DNA of 64,000 bases from Eukaryota sp. TZLM1-RC (lineage: Eukaryota; Protista; Metamonada: BaSk clade), in assembly GCA_040285825.1 (NCBI GenBank), contig JAUPSS010000007.1, forward strand, positions 1,834,689 to 1,898,688, written 5' to 3'. Below, in pieces: positions 21,816 through 33,851 of the stretch (positions are counted from its first letter, which is position 1; every line of letters starts with the position of its first letter). Position numbers and translations under genes: made by a program. Below the pieces are notes generated by a model. That model saw only the letters and a list, made by a program, of their open reading frames with translations, did not search any database and was not told where the DNA came from.

Positions 21816-22280
21816 AGTTTTGTTGACTTTGTTTCATGTAATGTTGCAAATGATACTTTGGTTCACAGAAGAAAACTTAATCCTGTGGCTGCTCTGGATT
21901 TAAAAGCAAAAGAGAAACATAGAAAATATGATAAAGATATTGAAGAGGCTAATGTCGATAGAAATACACAGCTGGTTTTTATTGCTTTCCCATTTTCGAT
22001 AAATGGAAGATTATCAGTTGAAGCAGAAACTTTTTTGGATGACTTCCAAAAAATGGTGCAAGAAAAAACAATGAAAAGATTTGACATATTTTTATGGCGT
22101 TCACGGATTCAATTTGCCATTATTAATAGATTACCACGTTTTTTCAATCGAATAAGAGAAGCTTTGGCTAGACAGCAAGCAGATGCAGATCAAGATTTTG
22201 TAGAGGAAATCTTGGTTCAATGATAGTCGTCCCATTAGTATTGAGTTATTATAATTAAATGTGCAAATTCAATAAATACA
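21816..22280 (+). mobile_element. 3' LINE fragment (EILVQ subfamily)
   Basis: Near-identical to 19201-19510 over the shared region. Confidence 0.85.
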
Positions 22281-22584
22281 AAGTTTAACCTAGTTTATTT
22301 TAGAAATGTGATTGATCCTGGCGATAAGCACAATACAGAATATTGGAAAAATTGTTTTTGTCAAAGTGTACTTTGACAGTCATTATTCGACAATACAATA
22401 GAGCCCAAATCACAAATGCTTCAAATCAAACAACATATTGCACTACCAACAGGTAGTCATGTTTAAAGAAAAATTGATTGGAATCAAATTTAATGGTCGT
22501 GGAGAACTCATAAATAATGTTTTCTGTTTGAAAGAAATGTTATTGTTAGAATCACAACAACTAGTTGAAAACATTCTGAAAATG

Positions 22585-22695
22585 TGTTGGTTTCCACTGC
22601 AGTGACCAAAGGAAAAGCTTTATTAAATTACAAATACTAAACTTAAACTATCGCCACGTCATCACACGTGATTTGATGTTATCCAACATCTAACA
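22585..22695 (-). repeat. 3' LTR
   Basis: Identical to 23667-23777. Confidence 0.9.
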
Positions 22696-23582
22696 CTACC
22701 CCTTCTTCACTCTTCTTCTTCAGTGATGGGGAAATCCTTGTTAATGGATTGAGTACAAGTTCATACAGCTCTTCTTCTGAAGAATCACTATCATAAATAT
22801 TCAGCGCGTCTCCAAGGCATGAGTCAGAACAGTTATTGATATCTGCTTCATTAACAGCACAAAGTACAGTGTTCACCTGTTCTAGTTCTCTAATACTATG
22901 AACATGAGCGGATCTTTTGACATCAAAAGTTTGGGCATTACCATTGCGAAGAGGACAATTAACAGCAATATGACCAGGCTTATGGCATCTGTAACAAGTT
23001 TTGGCAGCAATATCTGTATTTCTGACGGCAGAACGAGTACTTGTATTAGATATGGATCCTGACCAAACTTTAGATCTATCATGGTCAACAATTTCGTCGG
23101 TAGCAACTTTCACAAGGGTTTTGAAATCAGGTAAGTTGGTCATTAATACGGGACACAAGGGATTCAGCCAGACCTTTAGGAGCAATACCAGCAGCAAATC
23201 GTTTCATGAAAACATTATTCGGAATGGCGAGGCCTTCAGCCTTTTCCTTCACCTTCAGAAAGTTTCTGAGGTAATCATTCATTCTTTTTCTGGCACTAGG
23301 GATTTTCACGTTCATTTTCAACCGAGAGACCGTCTCGTTGAAAGCTTCATAGGACGGAAAATTGTTTAGCGATTTCAAATAGTTGAGCAACACACTATCG
23401 GAAGTCTTCACCTTAGGTTCATACAACTCTAAGGACTTCAAAATGAAGGGATCTACAGAGAGCCTTAAGGAAACAACTTTGGTGCTATCAGTGACAGACT
23501 GATACACTTCAAACTCGCTTAAAAACATACATACATCTTCCTCGGACAGCGAGGTCAGATAGGGACGGTCGACAGGACGCAT
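22679..23582 (-). CDS. gag: Gag-like protein in two overlapping frames (frameshift near 23130)
   Basis: ORF 23127-23582 continues in ORF 22679-23197, which carries a CCHC knuckle. Confidence 0.65.
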
Positions 23583-23666
23583 CGCACGGCTTTACCAAAG
23601 GCAGTTACAAGAACAGTGACGGGTCTGAAACAGGGACAAGGACAGGGATAGGGACAATAACGTTAT

Positions 23667-23777
23667 TGTTGGTTTCCACTGCAGTGACCAAAGGAAAAGC
23701 TTTATTAAATTACAAATACTAAACTTAAACTATCGCCACGTCATCACACGTGATTTGATGTTATCCAACATCTAACA
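23667..23777 (-). repeat. 5' LTR
   Basis: Identical to 22585-22695; contains AATAAA on the minus strand. Confidence 0.9.
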
Positions 23778-24136
23778 AATGATTCTGAATTCAATAGTTT
23801 TCACAGAGGGTCGATCCAAACTTTCTCATAATGAACACCAAATGTCCCAACCTACTGAAGCCTGTTTCAGCATAAAGTAATAAAGTAGGGCGTGAACTTT
23901 GATACCAAAACAATTAGTGATTGTGAAAACCAATACTCAAACTAACCAAACATTAGTTATCAAGACATAATTTGTGAGAAACTTTAGTTGAGTGACTTTA
24001 TTATATACAAAACTTCATTCAAAAAATCAATAAACACAAAATACACCATTTCCAACAACAAAAAGTATCCATAGCAATGAATACTAAAGATGATTGCAAC
24101 CTCAGAACAATTAACCAAACTGCCGCTAACAAATAG

Positions 24137-24490
24137 CTAGTCATCGTCTTCTTCACGTGAATCCACAACGAACTCACACTCAAGCACAAACTTGTTGATT
24201 TTGTACTGTTGGTCAGGTTGAACAGTGGCTAAATACCTCCAACCCAGAATCAAGTCACATTGATCACAAATGACATCCACAATGTCATGTTTTCCAGTGA
24301 TCATCATCCTTTGTTGGACATCACCATACGAAACGTTAACACAATGGTCTACCAGTAAGGCTGGTCCCGAAGAGCCAGTGAAATTCTCAGAAAGTATATG
24401 CCGAGTATAAGCCACTTCATTTCCACACTCAACACAGCAAAGCACTCCGTGAGGTGAGAACAAGGAATGAAAAGGTATTAGTCTTCCCAT
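24137..24490 (-). CDS. Yippee-like (YPEL/Moh1) zinc-binding protein
   Basis: C..C, F.G..G.A.L, RMMITGKH.I.DV.C..C...LGW.Y, QQYK. Confidence 0.9.
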   Translation of the reverse strand: MGRLIPFHSLFSPHGVLCCVECGNEVAYTRHILSENFTGSSGPALLVDHCVNVSYGDVQQRMMITGKHDIVDVICDQCDLILGWRYLATVQPDQQYKINKFVLECEFVVDSREEDDD

Positions 24491-25274
24491 ACAAGTGTGT
24501 AGATGTGATGGTATAGTGGAGTAACAATTTTAATAAATATTATTGTAATTCTGAAGTTTTATTCTGGGAACATTCACATTTTAAAACTCAACCAAAAACC
24601 TAAACTAATACCTTTACCTACTCAAAACCCCATTAATTGAATGATAGTTGAATGATGGGAAATTTTGACTATTTGGAATTTATATCAATTAATTCATTAA
24701 ATTCATTTTTTAGTTCTTGGTTGAATGTTCATATATCTAAGACTGGTAATAAATAAATTGCAAGTGTTTTGACTCGATTGTGAGGAAACTTGAAGACCAT
24801 AGACGCAAAACAGTCTTGATGAAAACACCTTCCATACAACAAGAGATGCAATGTGTACGTAGATGTAATACTGGAGTTTACCATATGAATACTGATTTAA
24901 CGTTTCTCACGAAAAGTACTCACTTTTCGCCCCATTTTAAAGACGAACACAACAATGGTTATCGTATTCAGTTTTGTTCAACGGAAATGAGCTTCCTGAT
25001 TTGTTTTTACAACTTTGCCTGGAACCAGGGAAACTAATACACCACTTTGAATATCAAACAGACATAAACGTCCACAGGTGGTTTTTTAGACCATGAGAAT
25101 GTGATTTTGTCTGTTGTCTAAATCTAGCCATTAGGTTATTCCAGCACCTGTTTTTGTTTTAAGAAAGTATCCGTTGACCATTATAATTATAATTCAAAAG
25201 CGCGATACACAAAGGGCTCCACTTTACAGGTATTGTTTTACCTAGACTAATTTTGACTCTGTTAATAGGACACT

Positions 25275-25410
25275 AGGTTTTTCAATCGAATTAGAGAAGC
25301 TTTAGCTAGACAACAAGCAGATTAAGATTTTGTAGAGGAAATTTTGGTTCAATGAATTTAGTCCTATTAGTTATGAGATTGTTTTGTCAAGTGTGTAAGT
25401 TTAATAAAAG
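25275..25410 (+). mobile_element. Very short 3' tail of EILVQ LINE
   Basis: ttttcaatcgaattagagaagc..ttggttcaatga plus 3'UTR. Confidence 0.75.
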
Positions 25411-25682
25411 TTACAACGGGCACAAGAATTAAAACAATATTGGAGATATTCAATATGAAATTAAAGAACCTAATTGGAAAAATTTTATGTAAAATGAAAA
25501 TTTTAACTTAAGCAGAAAAACAAGTCAACATGAACAATCATAATAGCACAATATTAAATACTCCAACAGCTGTGCTTCAGTACTTTGACTGAATCATGTT
25601 ACCGTTCAGAAATTCTAGAACCAAAAAGATGAATGACTTTTCCAAAACATTTATCCAGCCTACGAGATTATTTACAAATACG

Positions 25683-26897
25683 CTATTTTTTAAACCATTT
25701 GGGCATTTTCCTAGTCGACGCTTGCTTAACAGGTTGTGACGTATCAATTGTATGAGTTTTGGGTTTAATTTCTCCAGATACAATAACCTCCTTGAACTGC
25801 TCATCGAAAACAAAAAGGTCCGTTTCCACTTCTTCTTCCCATACAAGTCTCAACAATGAAGCAGGCGAAAGCCCAGCATCGTGTAAAGAAAGGTCCAGAG
25901 ATTCCAATGGCCTCGGCGGAACCCCACCGAGGAGAGAAAACTTCGTGGATGATAGTGAAGGTGATAAAATACCTCGGATCCAATCAAAAATTCGAGAAAC
26001 ACCTACACTACTGGGAAAAATTGTTTGAGCACTCCAATTGCCAGGAAAAACTACCTTGATTAGGGTTGACCTGTAGTAAATTTTAGGTTTAACTTTCTTG
26101 GACACTACTGTTGTCAACTTCTCTACCTCTGCTCTACTACTAGACTGAAGAGCCATGGCATCCCCAGCAGATAACTTAAAGAACTCATCTGGAAGTGAAG
26201 GTGGCCCTGCAATGTAGCTTTGAGGACTGTATAATGTAGTATGATTTAGTGGATCATCATCAACTTCTTGACCGACATACTTTGGCTGAGGTTTAGGTTT
26301 TGCTGTAAGTTCTGTTCGTTTTGAAGTTCGTTCTATTAGTGTTGGTTGTGGAGAATCAAGAACTGCAGGAGAAGAACTGGTGCCGGTTTCCTCAAGTTTA
26401 GGGGCTTCACCCCAATAAACATGTAATAAAATAGACCCTGCGGTAACTCCAAGCGAATCTAGTGTGTATTTACCTAAATCAGTCATCCCAATGACGCGAT
26501 CTCCATGTGAGACAGTGATGGGACCTCTATCCATAACCAAAGGAACATTCAATGTCTCAACAATATTGTACAAAGTAGTGTTTGGTGGAAAAGATCCAAA
26601 AACTCTAGGTTCTTCGCCCAAGGGCGCTATGGCTACTGATATGGAAGGTGTTGTAGAAGTTTGCACAGTAGGTTTGTTCACTTCTATCACTTCTAATCTG
26701 GTATGTGAAGGAACACCTGAAAATCGAGTTTGAACATTGGGATCAAGTACCCTTCGCAAATGTTTTAGTTTGAGGTTATCCGGTTCAATACTCCATTGCT
26801 CACATGCTCTGATTAAGGCATGTCCGATCGGTTCAGCAGGAGCTAGTCTAACTACTGCCTTTTTCCCTCTGTATGTAACAGTGAGAGGTGTGGTCAT
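25683..26897 (-). CDS. TUG/ASPSCR1-like UBX-domain protein (p97 cofactor)
   Basis: N-terminal ubiquitin-like fold, LPDEFFKLS, TLIKVVFP..F..GGVPPR..SLHDAGLSPASLL UBX, C-terminal MPKWFK. Confidence 0.75.
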   Translation of the reverse strand: MTTPLTVTYRGKKAVVRLAPAEPIGHALIRACEQWSIEPDNLKLKHLRRVLDPNVQTRFSGVPSHTRLEVIEVNKPTVQTSTTPSISVAIAPLGEEPRVFGSFPPNTTLYNIVETLNVPLVMDRGPITVSHGDRVIGMTDLGKYTLDSLGVTAGSILLHVYWGEAPKLEETGTSSSPAVLDSPQPTLIERTSKRTELTAKPKPQPKYVGQEVDDDPLNHTTLYSPQSYIAGPPSLPDEFFKLSAGDAMALQSSSRAEVEKLTTVVSKKVKPKIYYRSTLIKVVFPGNWSAQTIFPSSVGVSRIFDWIRGILSPSLSSTKFSLLGGVPPRPLESLDLSLHDAGLSPASLLRLVWEEEVETDLFVFDEQFKEVIVSGEIKPKTHTIDTSQPVKQASTRKMPKWFKK

Positions 26898-26944
26898 TCT
26901 TACAGATGTTGTCTGTAGATAAGATAAAATAAGTGTCTTTTACA

Positions 26945-27270
26945 CTGATGAAGAGGGACTGAGTTTTTTGAGAAGTGGATTTTCTCCTTGATACCTTCAT
27001 CAATCTTGGCTCTCTGTAGGTATACTGGTACCTCTTCACTATTTACATTGTGCGTTTTTTCTAAGCATTTCTATCTCTATTCCACAAACTTTCGCATGAT
27101 TTCCACATAGACATCTGATTCCTCTTTCATGGCCTTGGATTTCTACACCATCGGAACGTTTCAACTGTTTTCTCCATTTTCTTACAGTTGAAACAACGTC
27201 AACAACTGGGTCGAAACTCATCAAATTAAAAGACTTTATAACCAGCCTTCTCAAACCTTTTTTTTGGTAG
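26945..27270 (-). mobile_element. Fanzor family A 3' remnant (copy 2)
   Basis: FEKAGYKVF..DEFRPS..CFNCKK..CRNPRP..SCESLWNRDRNA plus a 3' tgatgaag/cttcatca hairpin; alignable to 18123-18470. Confidence 0.8.
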
Positions 27271-27785
27271 GTTGAACACGATGTTTACCTATTCCGAGTT
27301 ATAACACCCACCACCAATATCTTACAAAGCAAGTATCTCTTCATCCCCACCTAAATGTAATAATTCATTCTATTATGACACATGAACTTCTAATGATTAC
27401 TTTGAGAAGGATAGGCTTTGTAGAGATATTGTCAGAATCTCGATGATTATCATAAAATAAAGAAGAAAAATTAATTGTACTAGAATGATCACCTACTCGA
27501 TTAACCAGGATCATTTTTTCAATAATAAAAAAGTTTAGACAGAAAAAAATCGAGTATTGAAAACCCAAAAGTGACTGTTATTTAGGAGAAAAACAAATAG
27601 ACAGGTTGTTTTGCACGAATAAATATGTGAAAGAAAGATTTATAAACAGCGATTCAAACACCTAAACCCAAGTTAATCTCATTACATAAACTCAAAGGTT
27701 TCAAAAAATCAAACAAAAACCCAAAAGAAAAAACCACAATAGGAAACAAAAAGCCAAAAAAATACTGTACAAAGAAAATTACCGA

Positions 27786-28757
27786 TTAAAACAAAGCAGC
27801 AATAACAGACACATTGTCCGTCGTACCTCTTTCAAGGGAAATCCTGACAATGGCATCAGCCACTGATCTTGCTCCCTTTGACTTGAACTTATGAACTATA
27901 TCCCTGATGTGTTCATCTGAGAGCACGTCCGTAACACCGTCGCAGACCAGTACCAATGCTTCATCGTGTTCAGTAAGTATTGTACTTTTAATAAATGGAT
28001 CAGCAGAAACAGCAGGTTTCAACAAGCCATCTCCCAGTGCACGGGTAACAGCCAAGCTTCCATTAACCCTTCCAGACAGGATAAATCCGCCCGCATTACA
28101 AACCCTTTCGTATTCGGTGGGGTTATCAGGTCTATGGCTTTCTGTGAGCTGAACCACCCTTGATCCAGCAATCAAAAATGCATGGGAATCTCCTGCATTT
28201 GCAACAGTTAGTATCATTGGTGGAGGACAGTCATCATCAGTATCCGTACCAGAATCAGGTTCAGGAGCTTGATGTTTAGATTTGGAAGTAAATGAGGTAT
28301 TACTGGGGTAGAGAAGAGCAGAAAGAGCGGTACATCCCACTACATCATGCCCCAGATCCAGAGCCTCCTCATCTGTGCGGAGATATGCACCCTGGAGCGC
28401 CTCTTGGACAGAGCTTCCAGTTTTGAGAGATCCAGCTATGTATTTGTGGACTCGTCTAGCGGCGTATTCAGCTGTCTCGCTACCACCATGACCATCATGC
28501 AGTCCAAGGTAAGTCCAGGCGGAATGACCAAAAAAACCATCGATTACAACATGTGCATCTTCCATGGTTTGGCGAAATGCTGGATTTTGTTCGCTTGAAA
28601 CACCGACATCACGGACACAAGAAAGAGTACTATCATTATACCTGGCTAATAAACCAGATGTAGGGGTAGAAGATCCAGATGAAGGAGCTGTTGGTATTTT
28701 AGGCTGTGGGCTGGATTTTCTAGAAGGAACCTTCTTCTTGCGTAAACCTTTGAACAT
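27786..28757 (-). CDS. PP2C/PPM family protein phosphatase
   Basis: MEDAH, DGHGG, ANAGDS, LAVTRALGD, CDGVTD, DNVS. Confidence 0.95.
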   Translation of the reverse strand: MFKGLRKKKVPSRKSSPQPKIPTAPSSGSSTPTSGLLARYNDSTLSCVRDVGVSSEQNPAFRQTMEDAHVVIDGFFGHSAWTYLGLHDGHGGSETAEYAARRVHKYIAGSLKTGSSVQEALQGAYLRTDEEALDLGHDVVGCTALSALLYPSNTSFTSKSKHQAPEPDSGTDTDDDCPPPMILTVANAGDSHAFLIAGSRVVQLTESHRPDNPTEYERVCNAGGFILSGRVNGSLAVTRALGDGLLKPAVSADPFIKSTILTEHDEALVLVCDGVTDVLSDEHIRDIVHKFKSKGARSVADAIVRISLERGTTDNVSVIAALF

Positions 28758-29608
28758 ATAAGTTATCGATGGAGGTCGAAGAAGAGAAGAGAAGTTGAAA
28801 TTTAATCAACTATAAGAATTATGCATCAACCATCTTTTTCAAGTGATGCCACAAAGCACAGCACCCCTGAGATTCTGTTTCTCCCATCTGAGGAGTTTCT
28901 CCCTCTTCTTTCTCTTCTTTTTTCTCAATGTCCTGCACATTTGACATGCTTTTAAATACGCAGGTTGACTTCCAGACACTTAATATACGTGCTTCTTAGG
29001 ACAGCAAGGTCAGAGCTGTTTGGACCTGTATGTTATTTCAACATTTAGTCTTTATTCCTGGAGAATTAAATTTAGTTTTTAAATGATTAATAAAACAGAT
29101 GACGAACTAGGAATGTAACTCTTTAAATCCTAGATCAGTGAAAAAACAGACTGACAGTATACTTTTCATAATAACGACCAAGAGGTAATAGAGCAGAGGA
29201 CAATCAAGGAACGACACTGTTAAAAATGAACGAACAATTCTATTCTGCCAATATCAAAAACTGTTTTTGTACATTGTTTTAACTCTCTACAAAAACATCA
29301 ACGCGACACAAAGCAATGGGTTTCAAGTGGGACAAGTGATGAGAAGACAGTTGTACAAAGGAGAGAATGAGTGTGAGACTGGACATTCAAGGATAACAGC
29401 ATAGCTTTATATTTATAATAGACTTATATCAAACCCAACACCAAAAAAGAGGCAATGCGAGAAATTGGGTTTCTTAAATTTCACAAACAATATCCGCTAT
29501 GAAAGTTGAAGATTAACTCATGATATTTCATGACATTGAAACAGTAACTTTATGTTAATTTATGTTTTTTGTATTTAAATTTAAAATTTTTAAAATAATA
29601 CTGTACAT

Positions 29609-30793
29609 TTAACTATCAACATTCTGCCATATTGAATTCGGACAAAACTCAAATGCCAAGCATTCCCGCAGCTTTGAATCTACCCAATTTCCAATCAAAA
29701 CGTGCCCACCTTCCAAAAACAGCTTGCCCTTACCATGTCGCCTTCCTCCCTTCCACTCACCTTCATATTTCTCATTGCCACTTGTTAGCACTCCAAAACC
29801 TTCCCTTTTATCATCAACCCACTCGCCTTCATAAATGTTTCCATTATGGTATTTTAAAACTCCAAAACCATTAGCACAGTCGTTTTTCCATTCACCAGTG
29901 TATAAATCACCATTCACATAACAAAGTTCACCATGACCTTCCTTCTTGGCCTTTACAAAATCCCCAATATACTTATCGCCGCCACTAAAATACAACTCAC
30001 CCTTACCATGGGCCAGGTCGTCCCTCCACTCTCCAACATACTTCTCCCCATTGACATAGGTTAAAGTACCCATTCCTTGCTTTTGGTCTTCCACCCAGTC
30101 ACCAACGTAAGTGTTTCCATTTGGGAAAGTGAAGGTGCCCTTGCCATTCATGCTACCGTTACGCCATTCACCTTCATAAACTGCACCGTCAGCGTAAAAG
30201 TACTTACCAAAACCATGGAACACTCCCTCTACAAAACCACCCGTGTACTTCTCGACAGTATGACCATCTTCATCCACATAGTTAATGGTTCCTTTTCCGT
30301 GTCGCTTATCTTGCTTCCATTCACCATTATATGAATCCCCATTAGTGTAAGTGTAAGTTCCGATACCATGAAACTTTCCAAACTGAAAGTCCCCCGAGTA
30401 GACATCACCATCTGCAAAGTAGAGGGTTCCTTGACCATGGAGAACCCCTTGCTCAAACATTCCTGGGGTGAAACAAATGAAAAGGAGGACAAACCTTCAT
30501 ATCTATTTCCATTGGGATAATTGGCGATACCTTTGCCTTGGATTACATCATTGACCCACGATCCAGAAAAAGTACCTCCATCCTTGTAATAGTAAGTGCC
30601 CGAACCTTCACGTTTTCCATGTACAAAATTACCTTCATAGCGTTCACCGTTAGAGTAGGACAGTTGTCCCACACCGTGCATGGTCCCGTTGTACATCCCT
30701 GGAGTTAATGAAGCACTAGAACATGCCTCCAGAGTATTGAAGTAGAGATGCTCCCCCTGAAGTCGAGGCTTCCAAGTCAGTTGAGTTACGCAT
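29609..30793 (-). CDS. MORN-repeat protein; introns 30699-30726 (GC-AG, 28 nt) and 30463-30494 (32 nt)
   Basis: About 15 Y.G.W..G..HG.G repeats; the two introns restore one frame from ATG 30793. Confidence 0.85.
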
Positions 30794-30919
30794 ATAAACA
30801 GATAAAGACTAAAATAGGAGTGAAGAATAGGGTCAGTGTGGAAAGGATGAAGCCAATCTAAGTAATTCCTTAGAACTTTTTAACTCTATTAGTTCATCAT
30901 CTGATACATCGTAAATCAC
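30764..30919. repeat. Segment duplicated at 62320-62437
   Basis: 106-nt match with one substitution, then a 38-nt indel, then 12 more matching nt. Confidence 0.9.
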
Positions 30920-31877
30920 GGATCTCCAATATCACCATTGTTGCTTCCAGAATATGTGCTCTGGCTTATACTGCATTTCTCCTTTCTGGTTTTATCAACA
31001 AACTATTCACAATACATCAAAGGAGTGTCCATGAGATAATAGACAATCTTGTTATATTAGTTTTTGCCTTCTTTTTTCCCTGGTGTTCCTTTCAGACATG
31101 TTGGAGTTGGATGCCTTCTGTTTTTGTGTGTTGGAATGTATGGACTCGGCTCTTCTATACCTGGCTTGCTCAAAATGCGTACAGAATCTGAGTTTTGGTT
31201 CATAACAGTAGGGTTCTCTGTATTCTTTCTGTTCATTGTCCCACTCAGTACATCATCATTAGCTTTCGTAACGTTCAGATTACGTCGCCATATAACTTAC
31301 TTCCGTGGTGCTTATTTGTAATTAGAATTCCCTGAAGAAACTGCTTCGGAATTTGAATAATAGTTTATTGTAATTTAGATTTATTCACAAGTGTTCATTA
31401 AACTTTGGTGTTTATAAGAGGATCGTCCTCCTTAGGAGTTTTGTTTTCTATTATTGCTCTATGCTTATTTAAAACAAAGTGTTGGAAAATCAATATAAAA
31501 TCAAAAAATACCCACAATAAGTTCACAACCTATACATACACTCTGTAAGGATAAGCCAAGTTTGGTGGAATTTCTAAACACTGAATAGTTTCCTTCGATG
31601 ACGGCGTCAACTGTCATTTGTGCAAAAGATAGTGTACTACCAGTCATATCCAAGATGATGTTAGTAATGTTAAAGACCTTTGTACTTTTTCGCTTGAAGT
31701 TGAACTCAATTTGCTGGGATTAATCAAACAACCAAGACAAACAGGCATATACTTGATAAAGGAGATAAAAAGCTTTACAGAACCTAATTAATTGAATTCC
31801 TAATTAATTGAATTCAATTTATCCAAGTCCATACCTCAATGATGCATAGGATAGAGGCAACAAATGCTTATTCCTGG

Positions 31878-32061
31878 GGCGTTCCAGAGACCCCGTAGAT
31901 AAGTGTTTTTCCATGTATTGCGTACCTGTACGCATAATCGATGTTGCTGCTTTAACTATCATTTGATCGTGATATCATATAGTGATAGAACTAAAATAAG
32001 CTTAACGTCTATCAAGATTGCATGAATTGGTCAAAAGCCAGAAGGGCGTTTTGATAGAAAT
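31878..32061 (+). ncRNA. Putative stand-alone Fanzor family B omegaRNA scaffold
   Basis: Closely matches the last codons and the 3' non-coding region of the Fanzor at 51826-52013, with the same stems; no nuclease ORF upstream. Confidence 0.65.
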
Positions 32062-32399
32062 TCACAGTACTTCTTCTTGTTTCTGACATAAACACTTCAA
32101 TATTGTACTTTGAAATTGCTGCTTCTTATACCCCTTCTCCTCGATTTTTTGATCAACACTGCTGCCACGTTCTCGCACATGTTTTTTAATTTCATCCACG
32201 AGATCTATTTTGAATCCAACCTTAACATTGTGGAAAAATCTTCACTTTTTGCAGAAGATATTGAATAACAATATATATATTGAATAACACACTGAATGGT
32301 GATGTAGCATTGTTGCCTTAATTGCAGCGTGGCATTTTCGTTGGGGGTGCAACTCTCCTTAATTGTGAATTGGAATAATGATGATTTATTTTCTATTCA

Positions 32400-33330
32400 T
32401 GTCATATGAGCCCATGGCACCAACACTACTTCTTCCCTTTTTCAAAATAAATCAGCTTAAATGAATATAAAACTGAAGAATAACTAAATAACTATAATAA
32501 TGTCAGTACATACCAAGAACTAGCTACACTTCCTAATTCTATTGCTACGTCTAGGCCGCTTAGAGGGCGTAGATTCATTGGGGGTACCTTGACGATGACT
32601 AGTGGTACGTTTACCAATGTTCTTGTTATTCTTACTAAACTACTTATAAGCTCCTAAATGCTTAACCGAATGGAGAGACTCTTCTGTTGCATTGAAGAAC
32701 GTCTCTATGTTTACGCTTCACAAGTCCAGTACTTTAAGAATAGTGGGGATTAAGTTACTCATCTCGATTGCTAATCTTTTACACACTATTTTGAAAGTCT
32801 CATTGGTGCATTCAGGACCATTATCACTATGAATTAACAGAGGTATGCTAAAGACAGCCCAAACGTTTTAAATCAAAGCCACCGTAGTTTCTTAGACATT
32901 GAGTTCTTTTAGAAGGACTAAAATTGTATACCCAGTAAAAGAATCTACAAATACTAATAAATATTTGTTTCTTTCGTCAACAGCGTTCAGACGTCCAATT
33001 GTATCGACGTGGTGTCTTGCAAACGGATGATTTGCCCATAGAGATTTTGTGAAAGGTAATTGTTATCTTTCTATTGGAGCCGTTTTTTGGCAAGTTGGAC
33101 AGCTTTTGATATGATTTATAAGGTCTTTTCTCATATTAGGCCAGTAAAATTTGCTTTTGGATAGTTTGTGTAAACTAACGTTTTTGCTGGATTGACCAGA
33201 TTGGACCAAATCATGTATCAATAACAATGCCTGCTTTCTGAAACTTTTTGGAATTAAAATGTTGTTTTTAATGTTTTTCCAAATTTGGGTATTGTTATCT
33301 AGAATAACATTTTTAAAAAAGGATCATAAT
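32400..33330 (-). pseudogene. Ty3/gypsy-type integrase remnant
   Basis: FYWPNMRKDLINHIKSCPTCQK (zinc region), PFARHHVDTIG, LIHSDNGPE.TNE. Confidence 0.75.
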
Positions 33331-33851
33331 ATTTTTCGCTATTTGTTGTTTAGATCTTATCCTTGAGAATTAGGAAGAAAAATAGGCAAGTCTTGGTGTC
33401 TGCTCAGGGATGAAATTGATGGTATGTCTTCATATTATTGTTGTTGCTGATAAAAAGGGTAGATATCTCAGGATTTCACGTTATAATGTGACACTCGTTC
33501 AAAGAAGGGTATCATTATTAATAAAGCTCTCTTTTCTCTCTTTATTTCTTTGGTAGTTCTGCCCACCGGCATCAATAATTATTGGCCCTAATTGCAGATG
33601 TTTTCTACACACATAGTGCTTTCATCTCTTGCTTCTATGAATGTGGATGATGTGATGTTGTCTTCTCAACAATGAAAGTTGAAGTTCTATGTTACACCAA
33701 AAAAGGATCTTGTACCAGCAAGGCTCCTTGTTGATTCTTTACCGTCGCAATCAATCGTTCTTACAAGACCTGGGGTTGATTAATCCGATAGGTGCTTCTA
33801 GATTATTTGAGATTTTCCACCTCGTCTTCCTCGTAGGAGGAATTCAGCATA

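Larger units (their letters stand above)
22585..23777 (-). mobile_element. Non-autonomous gag-only LTR retroelement
   Basis: Identical 111-bp TG..CA LTRs (22585-22695, 23667-23777); 4-bp TSD aatg; polypurine tract gaagaaggggtag next to the 3' LTR; gag with CYRCHKPGHIAVNC knuckle; no pol. Confidence 0.9.

Noticed and set aside
28800-29050. Possible very decayed Fanzor 3' end upstream of PP2C (SGSQPAYLK-like peptide, imperfect hairpin)
   Set aside because: Similarity is too weak and no catalytic motif is readable, so it was not counted among the Fanzor loci.
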